Shown: positions 15,136 to 28,138, numbered from the stretch's first letter. The stretch: 64,000 nucleotides of DNA from the human T2T-CHM13v2.0 reference genome, Homo sapiens (GCF_009914755.1 NC_060931.1), one strand, 5' to 3'. Notes: a model not told the origin generated them from the sequence alone. Made by a program: numbers and translations.

Positions 15136-16619
15136 GATACAGCAACTTCATCAATGGAGTTTTTCAGCATAAGTGATGGAACCCACAATTCAGTGTCTCA
15201 GAGGGGATCTCCATACTGGCCAAGGGGATTGGGCCATCTAGGTTAATTTTAATATGCCATCAGTTTCTAAGATTAAAAGATACTATATCTCATTCACGTT
15301 TTCTTTTTCCTCTTTTTCTATATCATGTCACATTAATGAAATTAAATAGAAAGAATAAGACATTAACTGTGTCCTAGCATTAATAAGGAATGAATATGCT
15401 CTTTTTTCAATGTGTCTACATTATTCATCAATGGCTCTGTTTTTTAATTTAGCAAAGACTTTGGTGGCTGGGGGGTGAGGCGGGGTGTGGAATTCATGCC
15501 AACAGCAGCTGGCAATCATGAGCAGATGGAGCAACTATGCCTGAGGAAATAGTATAACGTCTCTGGTATATATTTGAATGCTGAGGTAACATCTCACATA
15601 TGGGTTTTCCTGGTTTGAACCCTATCATCTCTTCATACTCTTATATTTCATCTTCATGATTTCAACAAGCACAGAAACACTGATAAAGATGAACTAAGTG
15701 TGGAACTAGTCTTGCATTTCAAAGAAATAATAACCCACTTAAAAGTATAAACTTAGGTTGTATTCCTGAGGAAAAAAGTTCTTGTGATATGTGGGTGGTG
15801 TATAATATTCACATCCCTGTGTTAGAAGTGAAGATTCACAGGTACTGACAAAGCAAGCTTCGTAGATCAGTTACGTTGCCTAAAGTATATACCCCACACT
15901 TTCAGAAGTTAATTCATTAATTCTAACATGGGATTCCAGTGTTGGATTTTTCAAATAATCACATGGAGAGGTTAAACAATTCTTATCCTTAAACAGTGCA
16001 TTTGCAAAGCAGAGAGAAAATAACACCATCGGATTAAATAGACAGATGATAGACCGACAGACATATTTTTACAAGTTTTTCACAGTACAACTTAGTTGTT
16101 TCCATAATTTTAATTTTTCCTTCACAAAGGATCATAAGTATGTAAAATAAAAATGTCAATAGAGCAGTATTTGATATTATTTTAAAAATTACAGAAGTAA
16201 AATATGGTACGTGTCATAATCTTGTACATATATTATTAGCACTTGTATTTTATGCGAATGCCACTGCAATACTAAATAATCCAGCTTGTAGGGTTCCAAG
16301 TCTATGTACCCAGTAAGATAAAAATAAATTACAAAGAAAATGATGACCACTAGATTCATGTTAGAGCATACTTAAGAGAAATTCTGCTTATTTATTATCA
16401 TTGGTTTTACATTATGTTTTGGTTTACACTTGTATTATTTTTTGTTTGGAGATAATTCTGGCAGAGCAGTGATGAAAATTAAGAAATAAAAGGTGTATTG
16501 CCATGAAGTAGAAAATCATCCAGCATGCCCCAAATCTTACCAATTTCAATTTTCACATTAAGAGAGGTGAATTATTTCTTCTCAGCCTTATTTTTAGTTA
16601 CTTTTCAAGCATTTTTTTA

Positions 16620-17600
16620 ATCCAATCATTCAGCAACTATTTATTGAGCTCTTGCAATGTGCCAGAGAATGAGCTAGTCATTATGGTTCAGAGATAGAAA
16701 GCAAGATTTCTTTTTTCAAAATATTCTTATAAGAGTGAATATGCCAAGGAACAGAAAAGCACAATTCAATATGGACAGGACATTGGTTTGAAACAAAGAC
16801 AGGCAAGAGATAAAGTAGAGAAAAAGAGGCTGTCCATAGTTACCATGCTGAGGGGCTTAATTGAATAAGAATTAAGAGCCAAGATATTGAAAGGGAGAGC
16901 ATTTTCAGATTTGAACTGAACAAATCATTCTGGACAGCAGTTTGAAAACATTGGATCACAAGAAAACAAGCCTGAAGTCAAGGAGACTCTGAGGTGATCT
17001 AGATGAGCCATGGTAGGTTTTGAACTCAAATAATGGCCATGAAAATTTATGGGAGCAAAGAGGTTGAAGAACTATCTCCTTGACTATGACAGAACTTCAT
17101 GACTGAGTAGATGTAGATAAGCAAGGAGAGGAGAAGAGGAAGGAGTCAAGTGGCCTGGGTATCTGGATGGTCCTGCTCTTAACATTCACTGCAACAGAAC
17201 ATGTAGGAAGAGCTGAGAGTCTGGAGCAGAGGAAATAACAAGTTCAGTTTGAGACATGCTGACATTAGAGTACCTGTGCACCACAAAGATGGAGGTATGT
17301 TGTACACATCAATTCAGAGCTCAGAAGAATCTATTCATTGAGGAGACATCAGCACGTGGACCATAACTGAAGTTATGAGATTTCATGAAGTCCTTCAACA
17401 GGTCCTATGTGAGAGGCAGATGTCAGGAGATTGAATACACTGAGGACTCCACTTTCTTGCCTAAGAGAGCCTAAAGAGTATCCAGAGAGATTGAAAGTAG
17501 CCAGGATAGCATTGATATCACCGACACCAAGGGAAATGAGATCTTGAAAAGCCCCTGCTATGTCACAGGCACCATGCCAGACATGGTGGGGACCCATTAA
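16620..17600 (-). mobile_element. L2 LINE
   Basis: Begins aatcattcagcaactatttattgagc...tgtgccag (reverse-complement of the L2 3' end), followed by a purine-rich L2 body. Confidence 0.7.
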
Positions 17601-18159
17601 GGAATATGTCTCTGCCTTGAAGGAGGTCTTAAGACAAAGCATATGCAAATTTAATCGCAATATGAACTGGAAAGTGCCAGGTGCCTTTAATAGAAGGTTT
17701 AAATAAGAGTAGGGAACAGCCATTTCTATATCTAGTACAAAAGTGATACTATAGAGACTATTATGTGACACATGATCATGGTGTACAGTTTATATGGTAT
17801 CCTACAAGTCATAAATGACCACTTTCCCAGGACGGTTTTTTAATTATCACAACAGAATGTAATCTCTCCCTCCTTTGAAGCTCTAAATATTATATCTCAA
17901 TCAAGGTATGTATTGCATTCTTTTTACTATTAGATTTATATTTGCTGGGGATTTTTTTTTTATCCCTTTACAAGATTGTAAAGTTCTTCGTGGTCTGAAA
18001 CTGTTTCTTACCCTCCGGGAACTGCCACTCCCTCCCCGAAGTCTTAGACCCACACCCTGCAACATTATAGCCTTGCTCTTGGAGTCATTTAGTTTTCGGC
18101 TCAAAGCCCATCTCAGTCACTTGCACAGCCCTTATCTCCCACAATGCACAAATTATGAA

Positions 18160-18310
18160 TGTCCACTAAGCCACACAGTTTCCTCAACTGAAAATAGGAG
18201 TAATAATACATTCCACAGAGGGCTGTTGCATTAAATGTGATAATGTTTATAAAACTACCTAGCACATTATTTGGCACATGGTAAATATTCAATGATATTT
18301 TTCTTTCAAT
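18160..18310 (+). mobile_element. MIR SINE
   Basis: cagtttcctcaactgaaaataggagtaataata...ggcacatggtaaatattcaat. Confidence 0.75.
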
Positions 18311-18689
18311 GCACAATGTAGTAAATAAATGTCTACAGAATAAACGATTTAATGAATGATCAGATGGCAACAAGTCTATGTTTCTAACCAATTTTCAGAC
18401 TGCTTTATGATTCTCGAAACTTTCACAACCTATATAACTAGTAATCTTCCGTATCCTTAATTTCCCTCTTTCCCCTCAAAGCTTAAAATTCTAAGAAAAT
18501 GTGTCTTCCATTATCCCTCTTGCTCTTTAGCAGTATCTGAAGAATATATTGTAAAGTGAACTTAGCAAAATTTCTAGCTAGTGTTAAAATCGAAAATATG
18601 GTAACAGTGTTTAATCACAGAATCAAGGAATAATGACATCCTATTCTTCAAGAATTCAGGTTAATTAAGATTTCACTGAATATTAAATA

Positions 18690-18905
18690 AAGAGTCCAAC
18701 AGCCGGATTTTAAATCTCATCTCTGCCACTTTCTAGCTTTGTGACCATGGGCAATTTATTAGACCTCCCTGTGCCTCAGTTTTCTCATCTGTTACATGTG
18801 GATAACAAGATGACCTATATCAGAGAGATGGTATGAGGATTAATTGTGTAAAGTACTTATAGTAACTGAGAAAAAGGAAGCATGCTATCCATGTTATCAC
18901 TAATT
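18690..18905 (+). mobile_element. MIR SINE
   Basis: ctctgccactttctagctttgtgaccatgggcaa...ctgtgcctcagttttctcatctgt core. Confidence 0.85.
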
Positions 18906-19429
18906 ACTTCCTATTTGTTTGTTCAGACTGTTACTTTTGTTTTCTTATAGATTGAAAATTGTTGCTAGGTTCAATTTCTCATTATTTAAAATATCTCAAT
19001 ATCCTCATATTTGCAGCATGACTTCCATCCTCAATTAATGAACTACAAAAAATGAAATAGAAAACAGTTAAAGATGTATTGAATTATCTGAAGTTTTTCA
19101 AGTACCAATTAAAGCACCAAAGACAGTTGGTATGGCATACATTGTTCCCTTAAAGGTATTCCTAAATAAAGCTTTGAGAACATAGTAAGTTTTGTTTTTT
19201 TTAAAACTGCTGTATCATATTACCAGTAAAACTTACAGATTGGTTTCTAACCAGAAACAAAATAAGTCTATGTAGACAAGGCATCATCGATTAGAAAAAA
19301 CAGAAAAGCAAGCCCTGGTGTTCTTAGTGAGAACCTGAAACAAGCTCTGGCACCTGTGTGTGTGAGCAAGTGGGCTTTCTCTCTTGCTCAAGATAAAGGA
19401 CATTCACTTTCGAAACAGCATGATGTCAC

Positions 19430-19930
19430 CTTAGTGTCAGACAGATCTGGATAAGCAGCCAATGTGACCTGAACTAGTTCATTCTCCTTTCTCAGTTTCC
19501 TTATCTATAAAGGTATAAATGGGGGCCGGGCACGGTGGCTCACGCCTGTAATCCCAGCACTTTGGGAGGCCAAAGCAGGTGGATCACAAGATCAGGAGAA
19601 AGAGACCATCCTGGACAACAGGGTGAAACCCCTTCTCTACTAAAAATACAAAAAATTAGCCGGGCATGGTGGGGCGCACCTGTAGTCCAAGCTACTCACA
19701 AGGCTGAGGCAAGAGAATTGCTTGAACCAGGAGTCGGAGGCTGCAGTGAGCCGAGATCGCACCACTGCACTCTTAGCCTGGGCAACAGAGAAAGACTCTG
19801 TCTCCAAAAAAAAAAAAAAAAAAAATACTAATAACTACACCAAAGACCACTGTGGGAATTTAATGAGATAATACAATTAAATCCTTGAGCACCGTATCTG
19901 GCAAATAATGAATGCTTAATATATGTAGCT
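19430..19930 (+). mobile_element. MIR SINE interrupted by an Alu
   Basis: MIR core ctcagtttccttatctataaa lies before the Alu and resumes with atactaataact...tctggcaaataatgaatgcttaata after it. Confidence 0.7.
19524..19826 (+). mobile_element. Full-length Alu (AluS, Sc-like)
   Basis: ggccgggcacggtggctcacgcctgtaatcccagc..., dimeric with an A-rich linker and a poly(A) tail. Confidence 0.97.
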
Positions 19931-19959
19931 TAAAATAATAATTATCAGTTTAAATAATG

Positions 19960-22570
19960 AGCAAGATAGATTAGTTATGTCAGACTCTCACACTATAAAC
20001 CATTAAACTCCTGGACAAAATATAAAAACTGAAATTGAAGTCTCTAAAGAACTATGAAAATAAGCAGCAAATTAAGCGGCTATGATCCTAAAGGAAGACA
20101 TATGCTTTCAGTGGGTATTTCTCCATAGACACGCTCCAGTTTGGCATGGGAGAACAGAGCTCAATCAGAATGAAAGTCTCTTGCTTCACTGAAGAGACAA
20201 ATATAAGAGTTTAGAGCTGCCAGAAAAGTGAGAAGGGGCAAAATTCAAGCAAGAAGGTAGCCCCAGATGAGGGAACCCTAAAACATGGTTCCAAAATTTT
20301 TCTTGTGTGATACACAGGGCAAAACTCCAAAAAAGGAAACAATATAAATCACCAGGGGGTTGCAAAGATATTTCAGAGACGTTTTTAAGGAAAAACAGTT
20401 TAGTATTTGAGTGCCTCAAAATTACAAAGGTTTGGTAAAAACTTCAAGCTTTGAGTTGAGAGTCTATAAAGCCTCACTCAAGTGTAAGGGCAAATATTAT
20501 GTAAGCAGCCCTAACAAAGACTAAAAGCAACCAACTAAAAGATCAAGATAAAGCATTACTGCTATAGCTGACAAAAAACAAAACAAAACAAAAACTTGAT
20601 ATTTAACTTGTCTATAATATGCACATTGATTCAAAACATACAAGGCTTGCTAAAAACAAGCTCATCAGCAAATAAAAGAAACGCAAAAAATAGAAACAGA
20701 CACCTAGGTATTTTAGATATTAAAATTATAAAATATATTTTTAAATAGCAATGATTAATATATTCAAATGGATAGAGGAAAGAATGGAATTTCAGTGGAA
20801 ACCTGAAATTCATAAATGCATCAAACTGAAATCCTGCAACTGAAAATATAAAAATTGAAATTAAGAATTTAGTAGATGGGTTTAATAACAGATTGGAAAC
20901 ATCAGAATAGATAATTTAGTGAACTAAAGACATGTCAATAAAAAGTGCTGTGATTAATCCCTATAAAAGAAAAAGTAGAAAATCTAGGAAAAAAGTCAGG
21001 GAAATATAGGATTCCATGAAAAGCTCTGATATACATGTAATCAGAGCACTAGAAAGAGAGAACATAGAATGCTAGAACATAAATGATTGAAAAATACTGG
21101 CCAGAAATTTTTCAAAATTGATGAAAAATGTCTGATTTTATAGACATAAGATCCAAAAAGCTGTCCAAACACAAAGCACAATAAAGGTGAATAAAACCAC
21201 ACTTAGGGACATTATGGTAACATTATTAAAAAACAAAGCAAAGAGCATTTAAAAAGTGCCTGGGGTGTAGCCAGGGTACATGTTATCTTCAGTTTAAGAA
21301 AAACTAATTTTGACTACCAATTCTTCAACAGAAAAATAGGGAAACAAGACAATGGATGGATATACTTAGATTCCTGAAAGAAAAAAATAATATCAACCTA
21401 GAATTCTGTACAAGTAAAAATATTTCTCAGAAAAATGAAAGCAAAATAGACATTTTCAGAAAAACAAAAGCCGAGAATGTTTTTCTGGGCAGACCTACAC
21501 TACAAGATATACTAAAGGGAGTTCTTTAGGTTGAAGGAAAAATGATCTCATAGACATATAGAACTTTAGGAAACAGTGGAAAAGAAAAGATAAATTTTGG
21601 GGTAAACGTAATTGCATATGGGCTAGTAAAACAATATATAATGTCTTACAGAATTTACAACATGTAGAAATATATTGTAAGGCTAGTACAAAAGGTCGAA
21701 AGGGAATGATGAAATTAAATGATGTTTTGCATGTTTAAATAATAAAAATGTATTGTAATTAATAATGTAACACTGAGGAGTAATAAAATATAAAATTAAA
21801 ATCTAAAGATTTTAAGGTACAAATGTCATAATGTAATGAATAAATAGGAAGCCAGAAAAGAGAAATAAAGGATAAAACAGGATAATGTATTAATAGCAAG
21901 ATAACATGTTTAAAAGAGCTGAATCAGTGATATTTAAAGTAAATGGAGTCAACTCTCAAAATAAAAAAAATCTGCATTTCACTCTGTTTAAGTATATGAA
22001 AACATAACATTTTACACCTCGAATATAATTTGTCAATTACACCTCAAAACTGAAAGAGAATTCTAAGCAAGTAAAAAATAAAATTGTACCTAAAAACACA
22101 GAATTTGTCAGACTTGAAAAAAAATGCAGTTTTATTCTGTTTACAGAAGTAACATTGTAAGCATATGTATGAATACATAGTTAAAAAGGATAAAGACAAA
22201 AATAAGTCTACCATATATTAACAAAAAGAAAAATTATGTGGTTAAATTAATAGTGAAAAAAGTAGATCTTAAGTAGAAGTGCAAAATATAAAGATGTACA
22301 TTTCAAAGTCATAAAAGGGTTAAGTCCATAGCAAGCTATAAAATCACAAAGTTTTCAATACCTAATTAGCACAAAATTTAACTGTATAAAGCAAAAAGTT
22401 GAAAGAACTAAAGGAGTCATATACAAATCTACAATCATAGGCTATGACCAATTTCAATAACTAATAGAAAAAGCATACGAAAGAAAAGGATACAGAAGTT
22501 TAGAATGACATTAACCAAACTGACCTAATTTGGCTTATAGAACATTATATCCAACAATTGCAGAGCACTC
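19960..22570 (+). mobile_element. Old L1 (L1M, MC/MD/ME-type) 5' region, ORF1 remnant and start of ORF2 endonuclease
   Basis: A-rich L1-like sequence: tcaacctagaattctgtac (ORF1 end), cagacctacactacaagatatactaaagggagttct, and ttatagaacattatatccaacaattgcagagcac (EN domain). Confidence 0.8.
21672..21852 (+). repeat. Copy 1 of a ~180-bp dispersed direct repeat
   Basis: Aligned by eye to 22965-23141: about 12 substitutions and one 4-bp indel. Confidence 0.95.
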
Positions 22571-22577
22571 TTTACCA

Positions 22578-22732
22578 TGTATATCATATATATATATGAG
22601 AAATATGATATATATCTCTTACATATATGATATATATATATCGTATATATATATCTCTCACATATATAATATGTGATATGAGAGATATGATATATATCTC
22701 TCACACATATGATATATATATATATATATGTG
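22578..22732. repeat. Complex (TA)n / GAGA-TCTC low-complexity repeat with internal palindromes
   Basis: Recurrent atatgatatatatctct units and (TA)n runs. Confidence 0.9.
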
Positions 22733-22964
22733 TTGACTTTTTAAGGGTTTTAAAATTAAAATGAATATCCTAAGTCTTAGATGTTCACAAAGGGTTAAGG
22801 AATACAAATTTTAAGTCATTCTTTCCAAGGCTCTGGTGTCACGAGACATAGTCTTGGTCAATTAATTTATTATATATTAATTTATTATATATTAATTATA
22901 TATTCAAAACCATGAATTCTTAGGAAATAATTCTGAGTCATTGCCATTATCCTCATCCTGACAG

Positions 22965-23141
22965 ATATTGTAAGACTAGTACAAAAGGTCGAAAGGGAAC
23001 CAAGACATTAAATGATGTTTTGCAAGTTTAAATAGTAAAAATGTATTGTAATAATGTAACACTGAAGAGTAATAAAATATAAAATTAAAATCTAAAGATT
23101 TCAAGGTAAAAATGTCATAACATAATGAATAAATAGGAAGC
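22965..23141 (+). repeat. Copy 2 of the ~180-bp direct repeat, followed by a 13-bp tandem duplication (agctacactatat x2, 23139-23164)
   Basis: Direct sequence comparison with 21672-21852. Confidence 0.95.
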
Positions 23142-23411
23142 TACACTATATAGCTACACTATATAGAAAGTTGCCACAAACTACTAAGCTCCTGAGGTTA
23201 AAATGTGGGGCAGCGAGCAGTAAATAGATAATTCATTTATTCTACAATTAGTCCCATTTTCAGACAAATGTTATCCTATTGTAAGATTAAATAAAATAAT
23301 GAAATACAGCAGGAAAATAAATCATAAATAGTAACAAGAGCCTAAGGATAAATTCCTAATGTAAAAAGGAATAAGTTATGTCTCTTTATTCTCAAGAAAG
23401 TGTTTCCTTAC

Positions 23412-23515
23412 CATGTAACTTTGTCTTTGAAGGTTTTGAAGCATAATAATTCTGCTGAAGCAGCATAATGTTAATATTTTGCACTTATTTAGAGAAACAG
23501 TTTGGGACAGATGTA
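23412..23515 (-). other. Candidate spliced exon (104 nt), probably UTR or non-coding
   Basis: Minus strand: T-rich tract ending ttccaattctatttgtattttag|TACATC...GTTACATG|gtaagg; long pyrimidine tract, canonical donor, non-repetitive sequence. Confidence 0.55.
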
Positions 23516-23839
23516 CTAAAATACAAATAGAATTGGAAAAAAATATAAGATACTGGCCAATAAGAATGTGAATAGCTATAAGAAGTAACTTTTGAATTAA
23601 AAGAAGGATACTGATAAGAGCAATAAGAATTATTTTACATAGATGCCTTGATGGACAAAACATTACAATATAAATTAGAAAATTTTGAAGTTTAAACTTA
23701 TTTAACTTTCTCTAAGAAGTCCATCATTGGTCTATTAGATTTTCATAAAATCCCCTATATATTTGCTTATAAGTAAATTTTTGCTTATAAATAATTGTAA
23801 TAATATCATTATGGACTATGCCTTGCAAATACATCACCC

Positions 23840-24700
23840 ATTCCTTCAGCAATCACTCACTAAGGGTCTTTCCTATTCTAGGATTGAGCAAAAGGCTGGA
23901 AATAAAATGATGAACCAGCTTTGCCAGTGAAGTAAATAAAATGAAAGTAACAGAAATAGAAGGATAAAAATTTTCCACGACAAACAATGACAGGCAAGGG
24001 GCCTGTTTTAGACAGATGGGTCCTAGGGGCCTTCACTTCGGAGGTGATACTTAAGTGAGAAGAGAATGGAGAGTTCCAAGTAGAGGGATCAGGCCTGGAG
24101 TTAGGAGGGAAATTACAGTTTCCAAGAACTGAAAGAGGCCTGTGGGACCTGAGCATGTAGAAGCAAAAGGAGTGGAACAGATGAATTTGGTGAGGAAGGT
24201 GAGGTCTTGATGCCAGGCTGAGGAGCTTAAATTTTATCATAATACAATAGATGGCAGTTGAAATGTTCTAAGAAGAGAACAGACATGATCTGCTTTATAT
24301 TTTAGGATTTCTGCTGGTTGTTAAATAAAGAGTGAATTTACAAGAAATAAGAGGTGAAGTGAGAAGATCAGTGAGAAAGTGAGAGATAATGCTTGCCTGG
24401 ACTGGAGTGAGCCTTCACCATGAAATTAAAGCAGACATATGTGAAATACAGAGGTTGGAAATCTGCCTTACTTATGTATTGTGTATAAGGGGTTCAGGGG
24501 CAAGGGAGAAATCAAGATGATCCCATAAGTCTATCTGGGTAGATAGTGACACCATTTACTGGGATTGAGAGTGCTAGTAGTGAGAGAACAAGAGAGAGGA
24601 CAGCTTTGCCGAGTGGGAATCAAGAGTCTTGTTTTGGATATATTATACTTAAAATTTGGAGAAAAATGTTAAATTTAAGAATGAGGAGGTTTGAGGGGGA
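23840..24700 (-). mobile_element. L2 LINE
   Basis: Purine-rich reverse L2 body (gacatgatctgctttatatttt, atggtgacaccatttactg-like, caagagtcttgttttggata). Confidence 0.7.
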
Positions 24701-24919
24701 AGCTTGAAGAAGTTATCTGAACACATAAGATGAGAAATCATTCTAGGGATTTCAGAAGACATCATGTATAAAGAGCATATTCATAATTATAGATATTTGT
24801 TATGTTTAAGATTTGCCTGGTTGTTGCAAAAATAAACATCTTTACCATAAGGAAATTTGCCAAAGAGGTATAAATTATGTCTAAAATTAACATAGCCAAA
24901 ACAGATCTTTTAAGTTTCT

Positions 24920-26655
24920 TTAAAAATTCTGCTTTTCCTCTACTACCATTTCCTAGTTGCCCAAGCAGAAATCCTAGATTCTTCTCTGAATTTCACACTC
25001 CCTAGCCATTCAATCTTACATTCCCTAGTCATTCATCAGCAAGTCTTATCCTTACCTCCAAATCAGATATAAAATCTAAATAATTTTCATAATTTCCACC
25101 ACTACAACCTGCCCAGGTCATCTTGATCATTGCCATTGCCTGGATCTCTTTACCATCCTCCTCATTTGTCTTCCGGTTTCTACCTTGGCAAATTCTCCCT
25201 CATACTCTCACACACTGCATTCTCCATTAAGCAGCCAAAGTGGGCTTTTTTTTTAGCATGTCAAAGCATATAATTTCCTAAATGCTAAAACCATAACTCT
25301 TATGTAAATAAAGAAGACATGTCAAAAATGTTTAACTCATCAATGAGAGAACCACAAGGATTGTAAAGCTAGTTCAAAGGATAATTAAAGAAATAGGGCA
25401 TATAGGAAAGGCATATTAAAATAAGTTTGTTGAGTGCCATGGTTGCATATGTCCCTCAAAACATGTTTTGGAAACTTAACCCCCAAAGCAACAGTGTTGG
25501 GAAGCAGGGCCTAATGAGAAGTGATTAGACATTAGAGCTCTTGTGAATGGATTAATAATGCCTTTACCATGGGAGTAGATTTGTTATCACAGGAGTGGGT
25601 TCCTTATGAAAGTATAAGCTTGGCCTCCTTTTGCCTCTCTTGCCCTCTCTTTGCCCTTCTGCCATGAAATGACTTAGCAAGAAGACCCTTGTCAGATGCT
25701 GGCACCTTGATCTTGGACTTCCCAGCCTCCAGAACTGTGAGAAATAAATTTCTTATCATTAAAAATTAGCCAGTCTACAGTATTCTGTTATGGCAGCACA
25801 AAATGGACTAAGATGCTAAGAGACAAACTGATTAATGTCCTACAGGCAATAAAACTGTAATCTTCAGAGTTATTTTCTCTATCTTTTCTGCAAGTTAGAA
25901 ATGATTTGCCTTTCTAACAGACAAAATCTACAAGTTAACATGTGATTTCACAGAGTCTGGGCCCGAATCAAAAATAAAGTGAATGTCAAACAAAGGTACT
26001 TTCACCTAGAGAATTAAATAATCCTTGGAAAGGCCAATTAGACAATGTTCTAGTGTAATAAAGGATGACACACATAGCCATACTTTGGGCTTGTTTCCAA
26101 GTACATAATAAGTGTTCTCAACAAGCATAAGTCAGTTTCTAATCCTCTGTTTTCAAACATTTTTTCTCTTAGAATAACATACAAATTTTCTATCATAGAC
26201 TATAGAGTCTGTCTACATAATCTGGCCCTTAACCATCTCTTTGACTCTCTCTTTTTACTATCCTTGTCAATCATTATGATCCTACCACACTGATCTTGCT
26301 GTTCTTCAAACATTCAAGGTTCTCCTTCAGACCTGTTAGTCTTTTCTCACTGCCTGCTGCTATTATACCAGATTTAGCAATGGCTTATGCCTTCACGTCA
26401 TTCAGTTATTTGCTCAAATCACACATATCCACCTATGCACCTGCCACATCTCTCTCTCTCATCACTTTGCACTTTTCTACATAGAGCTTATAGTATGACC
26501 CAATAGTATTTCTTTATGTGTCTACTTGTTTTTATTGACCTCTTTTATTAGAATATTAAGGAATTTTTGCCTGTTTTATTCTTGAAGCTATCTCTGGTAT
26601 TTTTAACAGTGCCTGGTACATACTAGGCACATAAAATATTTTTTGAATTAATAAT
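24920..26655 (+). mobile_element. L2 LINE interrupted by a ~860-bp nested insertion
   Basis: L2 runs to agcagccaaagtgggctttt (about 25250), resumes near 26115, and ends cagtgcctggtacatactaggcacataaaatatttttgaatt. Confidence 0.7.
25435..25815 (+). mobile_element. MST-family (MSTD-like, MaLR) solo LTR
   Basis: tgccatggtt...atgtccctcaaa start, and ttggacttcccagcctccagaactgtgagaaataaatttc...gcagcacaaaatggactaagat end. Confidence 0.9.
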
Positions 26656-27029
26656 CAAAGTATATAAACACTAGCATCTCAAAGTGAAAATGTTGTTTTC
26701 TTAAAATAGTTTCTGATTTTATTAGAGAAAAGTATTAAAGAAGTAATTCAAAAAACCAATAGTAAAGCAGGTGTCAGGTATGGGGCTCAGGACATGAAAA
26801 GACATTTTATTTTGGAGAGGAGGGGAAGGCAGCACATCAGTTCAGGACCTACAGACTGGACAGATCCGTCATGAAATGGCAAAAAATAAAGGCAGTTTTC
26901 AGATGCTGGTAATATGAGCAGGTCCAGATAGGTGGATTTTTGTCATCAAAAAGGATTGTCTGGCAATAGGTAAGTAATGGATATTATAGAGGGTGAACAC
27001 GGAATAAGGTTAATTGGAGGGCAGACCAC

Positions 27030-27250
27030 TATCATTCATTGATAGCTTGCTCTATGTGAGACTCTATACCAGGCACTTTACCTATGTCATCTCATTTAAT
27101 CCCAATCAAAACCCTTTGAGGCAAGTAGTATAAGACTTACTTTTAAATAAGGAGACCATTTCTTCAGGAAGTAGAAGTTGCATACAATTAGTAAGTGGCA
27201 AAGCCTACCTTAGGACATGGGTCAGTTAGAAGCCCATGCTCTAATACTGA
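27030..27250 (-). mobile_element. MIR SINE
   Basis: ccaggcactttacc...tctcatttaatcc...tagtaagtggcaaagc. Confidence 0.7.
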
Positions 27251-28138
27251 TCTTTGCTGCTCCCCAATGCCTCCCCACACACAAACATAGCAGGAGATAG
27301 GTGCTCAAGTAGGAAGCTTTAACATGAGTAAGCCCACCTAAAGATTGCAGAAACAAAGACACATGGACCAGGATTCAATAGAAGAACTCAGTGAAACTGG
27401 GTGATTAAAAGAAAAAGGACACGCTTCTAGCTAACAAATCATCAGGGCCAGGAAAAATGGCCAAATCGTAGGAAAATAAGAAAACAGGATCTTAAATTCT
27501 ATGGAGACAACATTCTTATGTTTTTAATCATAATTACCATAATGTTAACCATAATCTCATGGTGTGAGAGAGATTATCTCAGGTAGCAGGTTATCTCGAA
27601 AAGAAAGAGTCCAAAAAGAGAGCTAGAGCCGAGCCGCTGTTATAGAAACTCAATTCATTGCAATGAGTATTTATTGAACACCTTCTCTTTACAGAATACT
27701 GTGTTAGATCTGGAAGTACCAGAAAGTAAAAACTATCTCTTCCTTTGACCACGGAAGAGCTTTGAACTTGAAGAGCACAGCATTTAATAACTGCATTGCC
27801 TATTTTCAACTCAGGTTACACTGGAAATGAAAGATAATCTCCTTTTTACTACAATTTCATGTTTCATACAGGCAACTATGTATTAAGTTCATAAATCACT
27901 TCCACACTATTAATTCCATAGCTTTTCATTAACACTGGGTTGTAGAAGACAACTGAATGTTAACTCAGTATGGACTGTGGAGGTGAGAGGTTAATTCTGT
28001 TTGGATTGACACCAGAATTATTTCCCTCACTTAGATGCATACAGTTTTGAAAATAAGAATGGGAAATATCTCTAACAACTAACCAAATAACTCACTCAGA
28101 AATGAAGTACAAACTCATTCTTAAAAATCAAAGAGAAA

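Noticed and set aside
17373-17771. Longest ORF (132 aa)
   Set aside because: It largely overlaps a decayed L2 and shows no homology I can recognise.
19535-19831. 98-aa ORF (also 28199-28528, 28278-28490 and 4797-5006)
   Set aside because: These are translations of Alu sequence.
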